Shown here in pieces: positions 12,860 through 26,498 of a stretch of 35,347 nt of DNA. The stretch comes from Lama guanicoe (taxonomy: Eukaryota). The notes below the pieces were generated by a model. It did not search any database. It saw only the letters and a program-made list of their open reading frames with translations, and was not told where the DNA came from. The stretch covers positions 3,039,104 to 3,074,450 of the forward strand of contig MU054098.1 of assembly GCA_013239625.1 (NCBI GenBank), read 5' to 3'. Numbering within the stretch: position 1 is the first letter of the stretch; each line of letters begins with the position of its first letter. Made by a program: the position numbers and the translations under genes.

Positions 12860-13632
12860 TGCTACAGTCATTTTGGAGAACAGTTTGGCAGTTTCTTACA
12901 AAACTAAACACACTCTTACCATGTGATCCAGCAATTACACTTCCTGGTATTTACCCAAAGGAGTGGAAAATGTATGTCCACACAAATCCTGCACACAGAT
13001 GTTTACAGCAGCTTTGTTCATAACTGTCAAAACTTGGAAGCAACCAAGATGTTCTTCAGTTGGTGAATGGATAAATAAACTGTGGTACATCCAGACAGTA
13101 GAATTTTATTCAGTGCTAAAAAGAAATGAGCTATCAAGCCATGAAAAACATGGAGGAACGTTAAATACATATATACTAAGTGAAAGGAGCCAACTGAATG
13201 GCTACACACTGTATGAGTCCATCTATATGACATTCTGAAAAAGGAAAAACTATGGAGAACAGTAAAAAAATCAGTAGTCGTCAGATTTTTTTGGGGGGAG
13301 AGGAGCAGTGAAAATACTTTGTATGATGTCATAATGATTTATACATTCCATTATACATTTGTCCAAACTCATAGAATGTACAACTCCAAGAGTGACCCCT
13401 AAAGTAAGAACTATGGACTATGAGTAACTATGATGTGTTAATGTAGGTTCATAAGTTGTAACAAATGTACGGCTCTGGGGTGGAATGTTGTGTGTGGGAT
13501 GTCTGATGTGGGATGATAATGGGGCAGGCTAGGCATCTGTAAGGGAGAGGGTGTATCTTTGTGTCTTCCCTAAATTTTTCTGTGAACTTAAACTTACTTT
13601 AAAGAATAAAATCTTAGTAAAAAAAGTAAAAA
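12860..13632 (+). mobile_element. Old L1 (L1MC-like) ORF2 end and 3'UTR
   Basis: CTQMFTAALFITVKTWKQPRC..WINKLWYI remnant; L1MC-like 3'UTR; AATAAA plus A-rich tail. Confidence 0.85.
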
Positions 13633-14064
13633 CAAAATTTAAATGCCACTATACGTATAAGATAGCAACAACATCAATGACATCAATTATTGCAGGGAGG
13701 AAGCTGGGGGCAGTCATGTCTTGGGCAGCCATAAAAGTGCTTTAGAGGAGAGGAGGCTCTGTTTACACGGAAAGTACTTAGACTGGCCTGTATTTCAGGA
13801 TGAAATTTGCTGGAAAAAAACAAAGTTATAATTCCCCATCAAGGAAAATATCTTCCATCTTCTGTCAATACAATAATCCAAACATTCAAACATTCATTTC
13901 CTGCAGTAGAAAATACTATGTGTAGATCTTTCACTATAGATGAATGGTAATATCTACAGTACATTAAGACACAGACTGGAAGGAATCTTAAGGGATTCAT
14001 GGTTATATACAAAGGGAGCTAGAGTAGTGTAAGGGTGAAATGTGTTTCTATTACTATATGGCAG

Positions 14065-14302
14065 TTGACCTCATGGAAAAAGCATGAGACCAGTTGTCAG
14101 CATGCCTGGGTCTTGGTGCTGGCTGACTCTTTTAAGATGTATGTGACCTCTGCTAAATCATTTAACCCCTCAGCCACAATTTCTTCATTTATAGAACGAG
14201 GGTGATATTATCTACCCTGCTATCATCATAATGTTGCTGGGAACAACCAAATAAGATAATGTCTGTGAAGCACTTTGGATAATGAAAAGCAGTATCCAAA
14301 TA
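14065..14302 (+). mobile_element. MIR SINE
   Basis: tgtgacctctgctaaatcatttaacccctcagccacaatttcttcatttatagaa...ataagataatgtctgtgaagcacttt. Confidence 0.8.
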
Positions 14303-15188
14303 TACATTTATACATTAATTAGTCATTGTGTTTTAATTCTGGACAGGTTGGAAGACGTTATCCCCTTACACGGTTCTGTAATTCTTTCCTAAGATAATTT
14401 TAGAGCATTGACCACTACAGTTTGTATGTTGTTTTAAATTTTCAGAAGCTGTTTTTTAAAAATCATACCCCCTGAAAAAAATCATGCCACCATATAACCA
14501 AAAGAAGAGCCAATACAAAGAGGTTTTTTCTGATGAATTTCAGTCAAGGGTAAAATAAACTCATGAAAGCCCTCAGCTCAGAATACCTCTAACTACATAA
14601 TGAATCAAGTTTGTAGGGAATGTTTATGTCATGATCTTCTTGCTATTATTTCATATTGTCTATGGAATTCCAATGCATTGTTTGAAGTATTTCTAGGGCC
14701 TACATAAAGATAAGGTTCACACAAGTATTTTTTGAAATTAAAAACCAAAGTTAATACGTTATCACTGACTATGGGGGACCCTTGATTAGTATACAAAGTA
14801 CTGCGAATGAGTCTGTTCATGGAAAAACTCAGTCTTTAAAAAAGAAGAAGAAAAGCCTCAACGTTTAGAAGATATAACCAGTAGATTTCAAATGTATTAA
14901 TATTCACAATTCCCTGTTTTTAGTACTTTGATTTATGGACTCTATGTGTTTCTTGTTCACTTACAAGGAATCAGAAAACAAACAGCATCAAACACCAACA
15001 AATATCACATACCTGTTTTTCAACTTGTGCGTCATATGATATTAGTGCTGGTGATGGTGCCAGAAGTTTGAAATACACTTCACATGCACCTATTCCCCCC
15101 TCCCCACTCCCAAAATAGAGGAGTCTGGAACAAGCATGCAAGAACAAGCAATGTGGAATTTTTTTGTAATGATAGCTATAATCTGAAC

Positions 15189-15371
15189 CCATGGTTATCG
15201 AAATGTGGTTACACTATGTGTTAAGCATCAACCTCACCTGGAAATTTGTTAGAAATGTAAATTCTCTGATCCCTCTCCAGATCTGCTAAATCCTGGGTGT
15301 GGGACTCAGCAATCTTTGTATTCACAAGCCCACAAGTTGATTCTGAAGCACATTAAAATTTGAGAACATTT
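15189..15371. mobile_element. MER5A (hAT-Charlie MITE)
   Basis: cacctggaaatttgttagaaatgtaaattctc...gattctgaagcacattaaaatttgagaac matches MER5A as recalled. Confidence 0.8.
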
Positions 15372-15644
15372 TAGTTTGATCTAACCTGGGGACATGGATC
15401 TGTGATTATCTCTGGTTTGCTGATGAGAATAAATGCATTAGTGAACTGTGAACAGGAGATACCTACGGGTCTTCAGAAGATAAAGAGTTTGTTCTCTCAG
15501 ATTTACAGCACTGCCCTCTAGCTCTCAAGAAACCTGTAAGTCCTCCTGCTGTCCAACCACCAGTTTGGTGAGAAAATGATTAAGTAGTACAACCTTAAAT
15601 GGCAAAAAAATCCTTTTTACACAGATCAAGCATAACAGAAGAGC

Positions 15645-15790
15645 ATCCATGGTATGTTCTGAACCTTGATTGTGGTAGAGGTTACACTACTGTATGTTTT
15701 TGTTCAAAATTCACAGAAATGTACACTGAAAAAAAAAGAAAGGAGGAAAGAAAAATGGAAAATGTTATCAAATGTAAATTATAAAATAAC
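15645..15790 (+). mobile_element. Old L1M 3' end fragment
   Basis: atgttctgaaccttgattgtggtagaggttacac...aaattcacagaaatgtacact. Confidence 0.55.
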
Positions 15791-15869
15791 TTAGAACTCC
15801 AAAAAGATACTTGTTTAAGGCAAACGAACCATCCCTCCCCATGTATTGTAGAAGTAAGTAGTAAGCATA

Positions 15870-17330
15870 TGACAAGAGTACAAAGGACAGGAGTGGGGAA
15901 AAAAACATACCGTTGTAAAGTTCTTACTCTACATGTTAAGTAGCATCAATTTTTAAAAAATTTTATTTAATTTTATTTTTAATTGAAGTATATTTGATTT
16001 ACAATGTTGCGTTAATTTCAGGTATACAGACAAATGATTGTTACACATATATATCTGCAACTTTTTCAAATTCTTTTCCATTATAGGTTATTACAAGATA
16101 TTGAATATAGTTTCATGTGCTATACAGTATATTCTTATTGTTTATCTATTTTATGTATAGTAGTGTGTAACTGTTAATCCCAAACTTCTAATTTATCCCC
16201 CATGCTCTCTTTCCCCTTTGGTAACCATAAATTTGTTTTTGATGTCTGTGAGTCTATTTCTGTTTTGTAAATAAGTTCATTTGTACCATTTTTTTAAGAT
16301 TCCACATGTAAGTGGTATCATACAATATTTGTCCTTCTCTGTCTGACCCACCTCCCTTAACATGATACTCTCTAGGTCCATCTGTGTTGCTGCAAATGGC
16401 ATTATTTCATTCTTTATGACTGAATAATATTCACACACACACACACACACATACACATATCACATCTTCTTCATCCATTCATCTGTCAATGGACATTTAG
16501 GTTGCTTCCATGTCTTGGCTATTGTAAACAATGCTACCACGAACATTGGGGTGCATGTGCCTTTTCAAATTAGAGTTTTCTCTAGATATATGCCCAGGAG
16601 TGAGATTGCTGAATCATATGGTAAGTCTATATTTAGTTTTCTAAGGAACTTCCATACTGTTCTCCATAATGGCTGCACCAGTTACATTCCCACCAACAGT
16701 GTAGGAGAGTTTCCTTTTCTCCACACCCTTTCCAGCACTTATTATTTGTAAACTTTTTAATGATGGCTATTCTGATTGGTGGGGGTTGATACTTCATTGT
16801 AGTTTTGATTTGCATTTCTCTAATAATTAGTGATGTTGAGCATCTTTTCATATGCCTGTTGGTCATCTGTATGTCTTTGGAGAGATGTCTTTTGCCCATT
16901 TTTTGATTGGGTAGGATTTTTTTTTATATTAAGCTGTATGAGCTGTTTGTATATTTTGGAAATTAATCCCTTGTTGGTCGCATCATTTGCAAATGTTTTC
17001 TCCCATTCTGTAGTTGTCTTTTCGTTTTGCTTGTAATTCCCTTTGCTGTGCAACATTAAGTGGTATAAATTCATTTAAAAGCTGATTGTGATGAGTTAAA
17101 TTGTGACAAAGAGCATATTGTAAGTGCCAGAGCTATCACTAAATAAATACAAAACAAAAATGTAGTTAATAAGCCAATTGTGAAGATAAAATAAATCATC
17201 AAGAAAAATTGAATTAATCCAGAAGAAGGCAAGAAAAGAAGGAAAAGGAACCAGACAGGATAAGTATAATACAAATAGCAAGATTTTAAAGCCAACTATA
17301 AATATAATGACATTAAAAGTAAATTGTCTA
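15870..17330 (+). mobile_element. Old L1ME-like fragment interrupted by a younger L1
   Basis: gttgtaaagttcttac...ttaagt | ...gattgtgatgagttaa...catattgtaa...agagctatcactaaa, typical of the L1ME inter-ORF region. Confidence 0.5.
15951..17055 (-). mobile_element. 5'-truncated L1 with degenerate 15-bp TSD
   Basis: TSD ttaagtagcatcaat (15936-15950) vs ttaagtggtataaat (17056-17070), 12/15 identical; ORF2 C-terminus ([26 protein letters not shown]); (CA)n at ~16433-16450. Confidence 0.9.
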
Positions 17331-17333
17331 AAT

Positions 17334-17404
17334 CAGTGGTCAGTGAACTTTTTCTGCACAGAATCAAGTAGCCAATATTTTAAGTTTTGAGGGCCATAGC
17401 ATCT
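17334..17404. mobile_element. MER58-like DNA transposon end
   Basis: cagtggtcagtgaactttttctg...aatattttaagttttgagggccata. Confidence 0.55.
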
Positions 17405-17542
17405 ATGAAACCCCCACAGCTAGTATCACACCTAATAGTAAAAGACTGGATGCTTTCCACCTAAGATCGGCAACAAGACAAGGGTGTCCACTTTCATCAC
17501 TTCTGCTTAACATTGTATTTGAGATTCTAGCCAGGACAATAA
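17405..17542 (+). mobile_element. L1 ORF2 RT fragment
   Basis: Translates as ..[30 protein letters not shown] (L1 RT QGCPLS motif). Confidence 0.85.
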
Positions 17543-18097
17543 TAGTTTGTGAAAATGTTAATCTGTGTATTTTTCTAGGGAAAAATTCTACAATGTTGAT
17601 CAAATTCTTAAAGGAATTCATGACCCAGAAAAGGTTAAGAATCTTTCACTGAAGGGTCTTTCCTTGGGATAACTGCCAACCAGAAGTTCCTGAACTGTTC
17701 CAATTAAAATGTAACTGGAGAACATAGTTGAAGCAGCTGTTTCCTTACAGCTTTTCCTGGAACTATAGTCAGACCTGTCTGAGCCTTCTCTGGCTTTGGG
17801 GCACCTTTTTGATATTATATAATGTGCTTTAAGTCCTACCAGTCATGCTCTACCTGCGTGACCCTCATTGAACTGATTGCTGTTTCCTGCCTAATCCTAG
17901 ATTCTGACCAGACCTGTGCCAGTATCATAACCATGCTGATATCACCAGTACATCTTTTCTTCTGACTCATTTCTGTCAGGGCTCTTCACTAGTCCCAGAT
18001 TGATGGATCAAGATTATCATGTCATTGACAAAGACCAGAAAGTAGGAGTGGAGGGAAAACTGATTTAAAAAGTCAAGATCAGAAACAAAATCCTCTT

Positions 18098-18283
18098 TAG
18101 AGTTTCCCCAAATTGCCTGAGAATATGAATCACTTGGAGGCCTTGTAAAATGTAGATAAAACAGACTCTATCCACCCTTACCTAATGAATCACAATCTTG
18201 AGGGGGTGAGGCCTGATCATCTGTATTTTAACAAGCTCCCTCTGCGAGGTGAGTGTTATGATAAGGTAATTTTGGGAAACATT
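18098..18283. mobile_element. MER5A1/MER5B-like MITE
   Basis: Terminal inverted repeats gtttcccca / tgggaaac; internal atctgtattttaacaagctccc. Confidence 0.7.
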
Positions 18284-18769
18284 AAGTCTAGATTGCAATT
18301 CATCAATCCATCTTGACATTTGATTCTCATAATCAGCACAATTTATGACATTTTAAAGATCGGAAATGTTCGTATTTCACAAAAGTAATTAGGTAGAGGA
18401 TTTTGAATAGTGTATGAGGGCAAAGTTGTGGATTTAGCCTTAATCATCCAATTTACTGTAATTTATGAGTCTATGTCAAATTGTTCTGTAGCTGATTTTC
18501 ATCAGGGTTCTTTTTAGTGTGGCTTTGGTTTCTCTGAAATCTGAGGACTTTGGGTTGTGGTTCACCCAGTTTATGCTCAGGAACGTCTTCATGAAGAATT
18601 TAAACATTCCTTTCTTTAGTTTGTCTTTCACCACTATTGTCATCTTTGTATAAAGGCCACTTTCATGAAAATTGAGCTTCACAACTCATACCTGACAGAA
18701 AAATAAATGCTCTGAGGAGCTATTTTAATCACCCAAGATCTCTTTAGTAGCAAGGTCAAAGCATAAACC

Positions 18770-18885
18770 TGTTCACCTATTCTGTGTTGATTGAGCACTT
18801 ACTTTTTCCGAGGCAATGTACTCACTGATAGGGACACAAAGATTCAGAAGACTTTGTCCCTGCTCTCAAGGAAGCCCAGGTCTTC
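18770..18885 (-). mobile_element. L2 3' fragment
   Basis: attgagcacttact...gggacacaaagat...gtccctgctctcaagga. Confidence 0.6.
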
Positions 18886-19019
18886 AGATCCCGAAATAAG
18901 TCAAGCAGCTTTAAGATGTTGTGCTACTGTTAATATCACTTGAACTTCATTAGAGAAAATTGCTTTTAATTTTGACTCCTGTATTTATCAAAACAATCCT
19001 TGGGACTGCAGCAGGAGAG

Positions 19020-19324
19020 AGAGGTTGCACACTATCATCCTAGAGACATGTTTTGTCTGGTCTGTACAGCCCTTATATCTTCTTAAATTGTCAGTTAAAA
19101 ATTGGGAGAGTTCACATTTAAATATTTAGATTTCTGGATTCTCTTTAAAAAAACCCCAAAGATCTGGCCTTACTGGACCAATGTTCCCTTGTGGCAATAA
19201 TTCTATGGTGGTGAGAGGCTGCTGCCAACTTTTTATGGGCTGGTGCTAGCAGTTCACATGGTCTACCTTGTGCGCACTCCTACTGCCTACCCAACCCCTG
19301 AAGCATTTAAGTTGGCTAACCCAG
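19020..19324. mobile_element. hAT-Charlie (MER102/Charlie4-like) relic
   Basis: gacatgttttgtctgg...aaaaattgggagagttcacat...agatttctggattctct...aagatctggc; subfamily uncertain. Confidence 0.45.
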
Positions 19325-19671
19325 TCAATTAACTTCTGGGGCTACCAGTTGTTGTATGAACTGTTCCTGACAGCAGATGGCAGCAAGAAGCTGTGTAATT
19401 TCTATTTCCCCTTCAAGTAGGAAAGATGTGCACTTGATTTCAGAAGATTTTCTTTTTCCCTCTTAAAAAAAACCCTAAGGTCACTAGATTTTAGTTGAGC
19501 CATATTTTGACAAAGTAAGTGGTGAGAAAGGGATTTAGTACCAGGACTGAGAAGTAGTCCACTATGTGCAGTAAAAATCTGTAAGGCATGAGTGGAATAG
19601 CTAGTTATCAGCAAAATAATCCTGAAACTGAGAGGTAGGGCAAGTTGGCTTACAGCCACTAGTTGGAAACA

Positions 19672-20865
19672 TCTTCCTCACATTATATACAAAAATTAGC
19701 TCAAAATGGATCATAAAACTAAATGTAAGAGCTAAAACTTTAAGACTATTAGAAGAAAATTAAAGAGTAAATCTTTGTTGATTTTGGATTAGGCAAAGTT
19801 TTCTTAGACACGACACTCAAAGTGCAAGCAACAAAAGAAGTAGTTAAATGGGACTTCATCAAACATCAAATTTTAAACTTTTGTGTTTCAAATTATATCA
19901 CTGAGAAAATGGAAAGATAACCTGCAGAATGGGAAAAAAATTTTTGCAGATCATATATCTCATAAAGAACTGGTATATAAAGAACTCTTACAATTGAACA
20001 ATAAAAAGACAAATGACCCAATTTTAAAAAAGCAGTCAAAGCATCTGAATAGACATTTCTTTAAGGAAGATATGCAAATGAATAATAAGCATATAAGAAG
20101 ACATTGAACCTTATTTGTCATCAGGGGAACACAAGTCAAAACCACAATGACGTACCATTTCACTCCTTATAGGATGACTAACACACAAAAAAACAGCAGA
20201 AAATAACAAGTGTTGGTAGTGATGTGGAGAAATTAGAACCCTCGAACATTACTGATGGGATTGTAAATGGTGCAACTACTTCAGAAAACAGTTGGAGTAT
20301 TTCTCAAAATGTGACCTCGCAATACCATTCTTAGATATATAGCCAAGAGAGATGAAAACATGTCCACACAAAAGCTTGTACACAAATATTCATAGCAACA
20401 TTATTAGCCAATAATAATAGCCAAAAGGTGGAAACAACCCAAATGTCCATTAATTGGTGAATGGATAAACAAAATGTAGTATATATATACAATAAAATGT
20501 TATTCAGTTACAATAAGGAATGAAGTACCAAATATGCTGCAATACAGATAAACTTTGAAAAATTATGCTAAATGAAAGAAGGTAGACACAAAATGATTCT
20601 ATTTATATGAAATGTTCAAAATAGGTATATACGTAGAGACAGAAAGTGGATTAATGGTTGCCAGGGACTGTAAGGGAAGGAGAACAGGAGGAACTGTTAA
20701 TGGGTACAGTGTTTCTTTTTGGGGTGCTGAAAACATTCTGAAATTAGATAGTAGTGGTGATTGAACATCTTGGAAAATATACTATAAACAATAGAATTAT
20801 ATACTTTCAAAGGCTGAATTTTCTGGTATGGGAATTATGTCTCAATAAATTGTTATTGTTTAAAA
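19672..20865 (+). mobile_element. Old L1 (L1MB-like) ORF2 end and 3'UTR
   Basis: Decayed ORF2 ([19 protein letters not shown]) and an L1MB-type 3'UTR ending ctcaataaa. Confidence 0.88.
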
Positions 20866-20877
20866 GGGCACATTAGT

Positions 20878-23250
20878 TTTTTTCTCACTTTAATATATTT
20901 TTACTGAAGTAAAGTCAGTTTATAATGTTGTGGCAATTTCTGGTGTACAGCACAATACTTCAATCACATAGGAACATACATAATTTGTTCTCATATTCTT
21001 CCTCACCATAGGTTGCTTACAAGATATTGAATATGGTTCTCTGTGCTATACAGTATAAACTTGTTGTTAATCTATTTTATATATATTAGTTAGTATCTGC
21101 AAATCTCAAACTCCCAATTTATGCCTTCCCACCCATCTCCCCATCTGGTAACCATAAGTTTGTTTTCTATGTCTGTGAGTCTGAGTCTGTTTCTGTTTTG
21201 TAAACAAGTTCATTTTTTTTTTAGATACCACATATAAGTGATATCATGTGGTATTTTTCTTTCTCTTTCTGGCTTACTTCACTTAGAATGACATTCTCAA
21301 TCAACAGGAAAAGAAAGTAAAGAGACAATCCCCTTTAAAATAGCACCCAAAGTAATAAAATACCTAGGAATAAATCTAACTAAGGAGGTGAAAGACTTAT
21401 ACATGGAGAACTATAAAACATTGATGAAGGAAATTAAAGAAGACAAAAAATGGAAAGATATCCCATGCTCCTGGATTGGAAGAATCAATATTGTTAAAAT
21501 GGTCATACTGCCCAAGGCAATCTACAGATTTAATGCAATCCCTAACAAATTACCCAGGACATATCTCACAGAACTAGAACAAATCATAATAAAATTTATA
21601 CGGAATCACAAAAGACCCAGAATTGCCAAAGCATTACTGAAGAAAAAGAAAGAGCCTGGAGAAATAACCCTTCCAGACTTCAGACACTACTACAGAGCTA
21701 CAGTCATCAAAACAGCATGGTATTGGTACAAAACCAGACATATGGACCAATGGAACAGAATAGAGAGCCCAGAAATGAACCCACAAACTTTTGGTCAATT
21801 AATCTTCGACAAAGGAGGCAAGAATATACAATGGAATAAAGACAGTGTCTTCAGCAAATGGTGTTGGGAAAACTGGACAGCAGCATGGAAATCAACGAAG
21901 CTAGAACACTCCCTTACACCATACACAAAAGTAAACTCAAATGGATCAAAGATTTAAGCATAGGACAAGATACAATAAACCTCCTAGAAGAAACATAGGC
22001 AAAACATTATCTCACGAACATCTCAAAAATGTTGTCCTAGGGCAGTCTACCCAAGCAATAGAAATAAAAGCAAGAATAAACAAATGGGACCTAATGAAAC
22101 TTACAGGCTTTTGCACAGCAAAGGAAACCATAAGCAAAACAAAACGACAACCTACGGAATGAGAGAAAATTTTTGCAACAGATGAACCCGACAAAGGCTT
22201 CATCTCCAGAATATATAAGCAGCTCGTCCAACTTAATAAGAAAAAAAAAACAATCCAAAAATGGGCAGAAGACCTAAACAAGCAATTCTCCAAGGAAGAA
22301 GTACAAATGATCAATAGGCACATGAAAAAAATGCTCAATATCACTAATTATTAGAGAAATGCAAGTCAAAACTACAATGAGCTATCACCTCACACCAGTC
22401 AGAATGGCCATCATTCAAAAATCCACAAATGACAAATGCTGGAGAGGCTGTGGAGAAAGGGGAACCCTCCTACACTGCTGGTGGGAATGCAGTTTGGTGC
22501 AGCCCCTGTGGAAACCAATATGGAGATTCCTCAAAAGACTAGGAATGGACTTACCATATGACACACTCATTCTGCTCCTGGGCATATATCCAGAAGGAAC
22601 CCTACTTCAAAAAGACACCTGCACCCCAGTGTTCATAGCAGCACTATTTACAACAGCCAAGACATGGAAACAGCCTAACTGTCCATCGACAGATGACTGG
22701 ATAAAGAAGAAGTGGTATATTTATACAATGGAATAGTATTCAGCCATAAAACGACAACATAACGCCATTTGCAGCAACATGGGTGCTCCTAGAGAATGTC
22801 ATTCTAAGTGAAGTAAGCCAGAAAGAGAAAGAAAAATACCATATGAGATTGCTCATATGTGGAATCTAAAAACAGAAAAGAAAAGAAAAAGAAAAACGAA
22901 CATAAATACAAAACAGAAACAGACCCATAGACATAGAACACAAACTTGGGGTTGCCAGGGGGAGGGGGTGGGAAGGGGCAGACTGGGTGTTTCAAATTTG
23001 TAGATACTGACAGGTATATATTGAATAGATAAACAAAATTATACTGTATAGCACAGGGAAATATATACAAGATCTTGTGGTAGCTCATGGTGAAAAAAAT
23101 GTGACAATGAATATATGTATGTTCATGTATAACTGAAAAACTGTGCTCTACACTGGAAATTGACACAACATTGTAAACTGACTATAACTCAATAAAATAA
23201 AATTTAAAAAGTATAGTAATAATACCAAAAAATGACATTCTCCAGGTTCA
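20878..23250 (-). mobile_element. L1 3'-end (host) interrupted at 21298 by a younger opposite-strand L1
   Basis: Minus-strand 3'UTR at 20878-21298 resumes as caggttca after the second TSD at 23243. Confidence 0.85.
21299..23230 (+). mobile_element. Young 5'-truncated camelid L1 (ORF2 3' part, 3'UTR, A-tail) with 12-bp TSD
   Basis: Long ORF2 pieces ([18 protein letters not shown]..., HCWWEC) with few frameshifts; TSD aatgacattctc at 21287-21298 and 23231-23242. Confidence 0.95.
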
Positions 23251-23324
23251 AGCTATCATCCTAGCTAGTTTCTTCAGGCCTCAAAATTCTATAGCAGCTA
23301 CTTCATTATTCAGGAGGGAAATAT

Positions 23325-24037
23325 GAAATAAATCCACAATTAGATATCATTATACACCCAACAAAATGCCTAAAACCTAAAAGACTGACATCACCATGTG
23401 TCAGCAAGGATGTGGCAAAATTGGAAATCTCATACACTGCAGTTGGGAGTGTAAATTGGAAAAATCACTTTGGAAGACTGTTTGGCAGTATCTGCTAAAG
23501 CTAAGAATATACATATACATATACAGTGACACAGAAATCCCACTCCTGAATATATACCTAACAGAAATGTGTGTATATGTGCACAAAATGACATTCACAA
23601 GAAAGTTTATAGTCACACAGTTCATGATAGCCCCAAACTGGAAACAAATCAACAGTAGGATGGATAAATAAATTGTAGTATGTTAGAATGGCAATTTAAA
23701 AATGATCAATTTTCATTCAGACAGCAACAAGAATGAATCTCACAAAATAATGCTGAGTGAAAGAATCCAGGTATAAAAGAGCGCACAGTGTTTCATTCCA
23801 TTTATCCAAAGTTCAAAAACAGACAGAACTAATCAATACTCATGGAAATGAGATTTATATTTCCCCTTGGAAGAAGTAGTAATTGGGAGGGAGCACCTTG
23901 GAGAACTTCTAGGGTGCTGATACTGTTTTGTTTCTTGATTTTGGTGCTAATTTCATAGGTGTGTTCACTTTGTGAAAATGCATGGATCAATTTGTGCATT
24001 TTTCTGTATGTGTTTTATACTTCAATAAAAAATAAAG
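23325..24037 (+). mobile_element. Old L1 (L1ME/MD-like) 3' portion
   Basis: HCSWECKL..LWKTVWQYL remnant; 3'UTR ending cttcaataaaaa. Confidence 0.8.
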
Positions 24038-24086
24038 CTTACCTCCCCCCACAAATCAAACTCTTCAGAATCTTCCATTCTTTTAG

Positions 24087-24191
24087 CAGAGTCTCCTAAA
24101 CTTTCCTGATCATGAGAATCGCTTGGGGGCCTTATTTAAAACATAAATTTCTAATCCTGATCTCAAATCCACTGAATAAAGTTCTCTAGAG
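24087..24191. mobile_element. MER5A1-like fragment
   Basis: cagagtctcctaaactttcctgatcatgagaatcgcttggggg. Confidence 0.55.
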
Positions 24192-24392
24192 CTGACCCTG
24201 ACCTCACTCTCTTTTCTCTCTCAAATCTCCTGCCAGGACTTCTCAATGATGGAATCCAACAGAAAGCCGTAATATAAGAAAACCCATTAATGATGTCAAT
24301 ACAAGTCAATTTTCTCCTTGGATACAAAGCATGGGGAAGAGTAGGGAAGGATGAAGAGTGAAACCTGAAAAGCAGCAAGTAAGTACCCAGCA
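24192..24392 (-). mobile_element. LTR33-like ERVL LTR fragment
   Basis: ctgacctcactctc...atctcctgcc...aatccaacagaaagcc...cccagca resembles the reverse complement of the LTR33 5' part as recalled. Confidence 0.55.
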
Positions 24393-25319
24393 ATCAGTGG
24401 TAGTGTGATATAGATTCAGTCCCTGCAAGGCCCCAAGCCTTATGGCTTGTGGGGGTAATTGTGCCCTTTAAGATTTAGGAGATTCTAGGGAAGGTTTGAG
24501 GCTTATGTTTCTTCTGGTCACCAATGTCTTTGAGTTTCTGCTTCCACTATGTTCTCATTCTCTTCTCATGCCTCCTAGGTATGTGGTTCCTTTTCTATAT
24601 ACTGTGTTGCCTCCTTGCTCACTCCTTGATTCCTTCATTTTCCCATATGCTACCAATAGCTGTGTGCTCACAGATTTTACTGAAGGACCAAGTATTTACC
24701 GTATCACAGCAAACAATTTAAAATTAAATATTAAATATCTCTCACATTAAAAGTTCCTTAGCCATTCTAATAGAGCTTGAGTTTTCTCAATGCTGCTCAA
24801 TTCTCCTTCTCTCGCTTTGAATCTTCTCCCTACTTTCCCTCAGATCACAAATACCAAAACCATGACAATACTGCTAATTTCTCAAGTAGAGCTGTTTATC
24901 TCTAGGTTTATTCCAACCATGTCCCAAGGGTAATCTTTGAGCAATCAGAATGATCCGTTAAAGTGTTTGTTAAAGCAAACACAGATCTCTTCCCATAAGA
25001 GGATATTTGTAAGTTAGCTCTTAAACTGACACTTTTATTTTTTCCCAATTAGTTAGTTCACTTGCTTTTCAGGCAAGAGTTGATGAGCACCTGGTCTGAT
25101 AGAGTGGTAAGAGGACAGGACTGTAAACAAAGGGACAGATGTGAGGTACATTAGATGAGAAAAATAAACCAATAGACCATGATGACTAAGTAGATATGGA
25201 TGACAGCCCAGGAGGGGGAAGAGGGCTATCTTAACAACAGGATTTGCATCCCAGGTGACTTAGCATCTTGATGCTTCAGGCTTAACTTTGCTGCAGCTTG
25301 CTAAGAGCCATACCATCAT

Positions 25320-25360
25320 TTTCTCCAATAAAATAATTAATTTCTCCAATAAATAATTAA
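25320..25360. repeat. Tandem duplication of ~20 bp
   Basis: tttctccaataaa(a)taattaa x2. Confidence 0.85.
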
Positions 25361-25372
25361 AATGTTGGGTTT

Positions 25373-25387
25373 TCTCTCTCTCTCTCT

Positions 25388-25438
<51 letters not shown>
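25373..25438. repeat. Compound microsatellite (TC)7-(TG)24
   Basis: Perfect TG run at 25391-25438 preceded by a TC run. Confidence 0.97.
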
Positions 25439-25440
<2 letters not shown>

Positions 25441-26498
25441 CTCAGTGGATTTAGGGTGAAATAAGGAAATTCTGGTCAGGCAGTTCCTAACAATAAGATC
25501 TTTCTATCCTTTGCCTTGCTGAAACTTGTACCTTGTTCATGCTCTACTCTTGTTGAAAAGAGATTATTATCAGGATGATTTCTGATGTCTCCTGAAGATA
25601 GATGGAAGCTCTATGACCTCATCTTTTCCATCCATTGAAAGTAAGATAGTTTGTATCCCAGGCTAGACCTCTTACTTTGTTCTCCTTCTCTACAACTTTC
25701 CCACGTTTTCTTGTTGCCAGTTGTCTACTCCCCCAGCTTAATGTCTTCCAGAAGCCAGAGAAACGGGTCTGGGTCACAATCATAGCTGCTTTATTCCACA
25801 TCCCATCACCCATAAATTGCCCACATGAATCAATACTCCTTAAATGTTTTTAAAAAATGATTTTCTTACAGTTGATCCTGAAGCACTGCAGGAGACTAAA
25901 ATTGTCATGATATGCAGATGACATGATACTATATACAGAAAAACCTAAAGGCTCCACACAAAAACTACTAGGGCTAATAAGAGAATTTGGCAAGGTACTA
26001 GGATACAAGAGTAACATATAAATCAGTGGCATTTCTTTACACTAACAACAAAATAACAGAAAAGGAAAGAAACAATCCCTTTTAAAATTGCATCCAAAAA
26101 AATAAAATACTTTGGAATCAATCTGACCAAGGAAATGAAAGACTTATATGAGGAGAATTACAAAACATTCACTAAGGAAATTAAAGATTACTTAAAGAAA
26201 TGGAAAGATATCCTATGTTCTTGGATTAGAAGAATTAATATTGTTAAAATGGCCATACTACCCAAAGCAATCTACACATTTAATGCAATCCCTATCAAAT
26301 TACCCAGGACATTTTTCACAGAATTAGAACAAATAATCCTAAAATTTATATGGAATCACAAAAGACCCAAAATTGCCAGAGCATTACTGAAGGAAAAGAA
26401 TGAAGCCAAAGGAATAACCCTCCCAGACTTCAGACAATACTACAGAGCTACAGTAATCAAAACAGCATGGTATTGGTTAAAAAAACATATATATGGAT

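Noticed and set aside
18476..18705. Exon-like or recursive-splice motif (tttatttttctgtCAG|GTATGA) and 68-aa ORF on the minus strand
   Set aside because: About 10 kb upstream of the RAB9B promoter, no recognisable homology and no known host transcript.
21388..22736. ORFs of 73-189 aa as genes or an active L1
   Set aside because: Frameshifted fragments of a 5'-truncated L1 ORF2; no ORF1, endonuclease or promoter.
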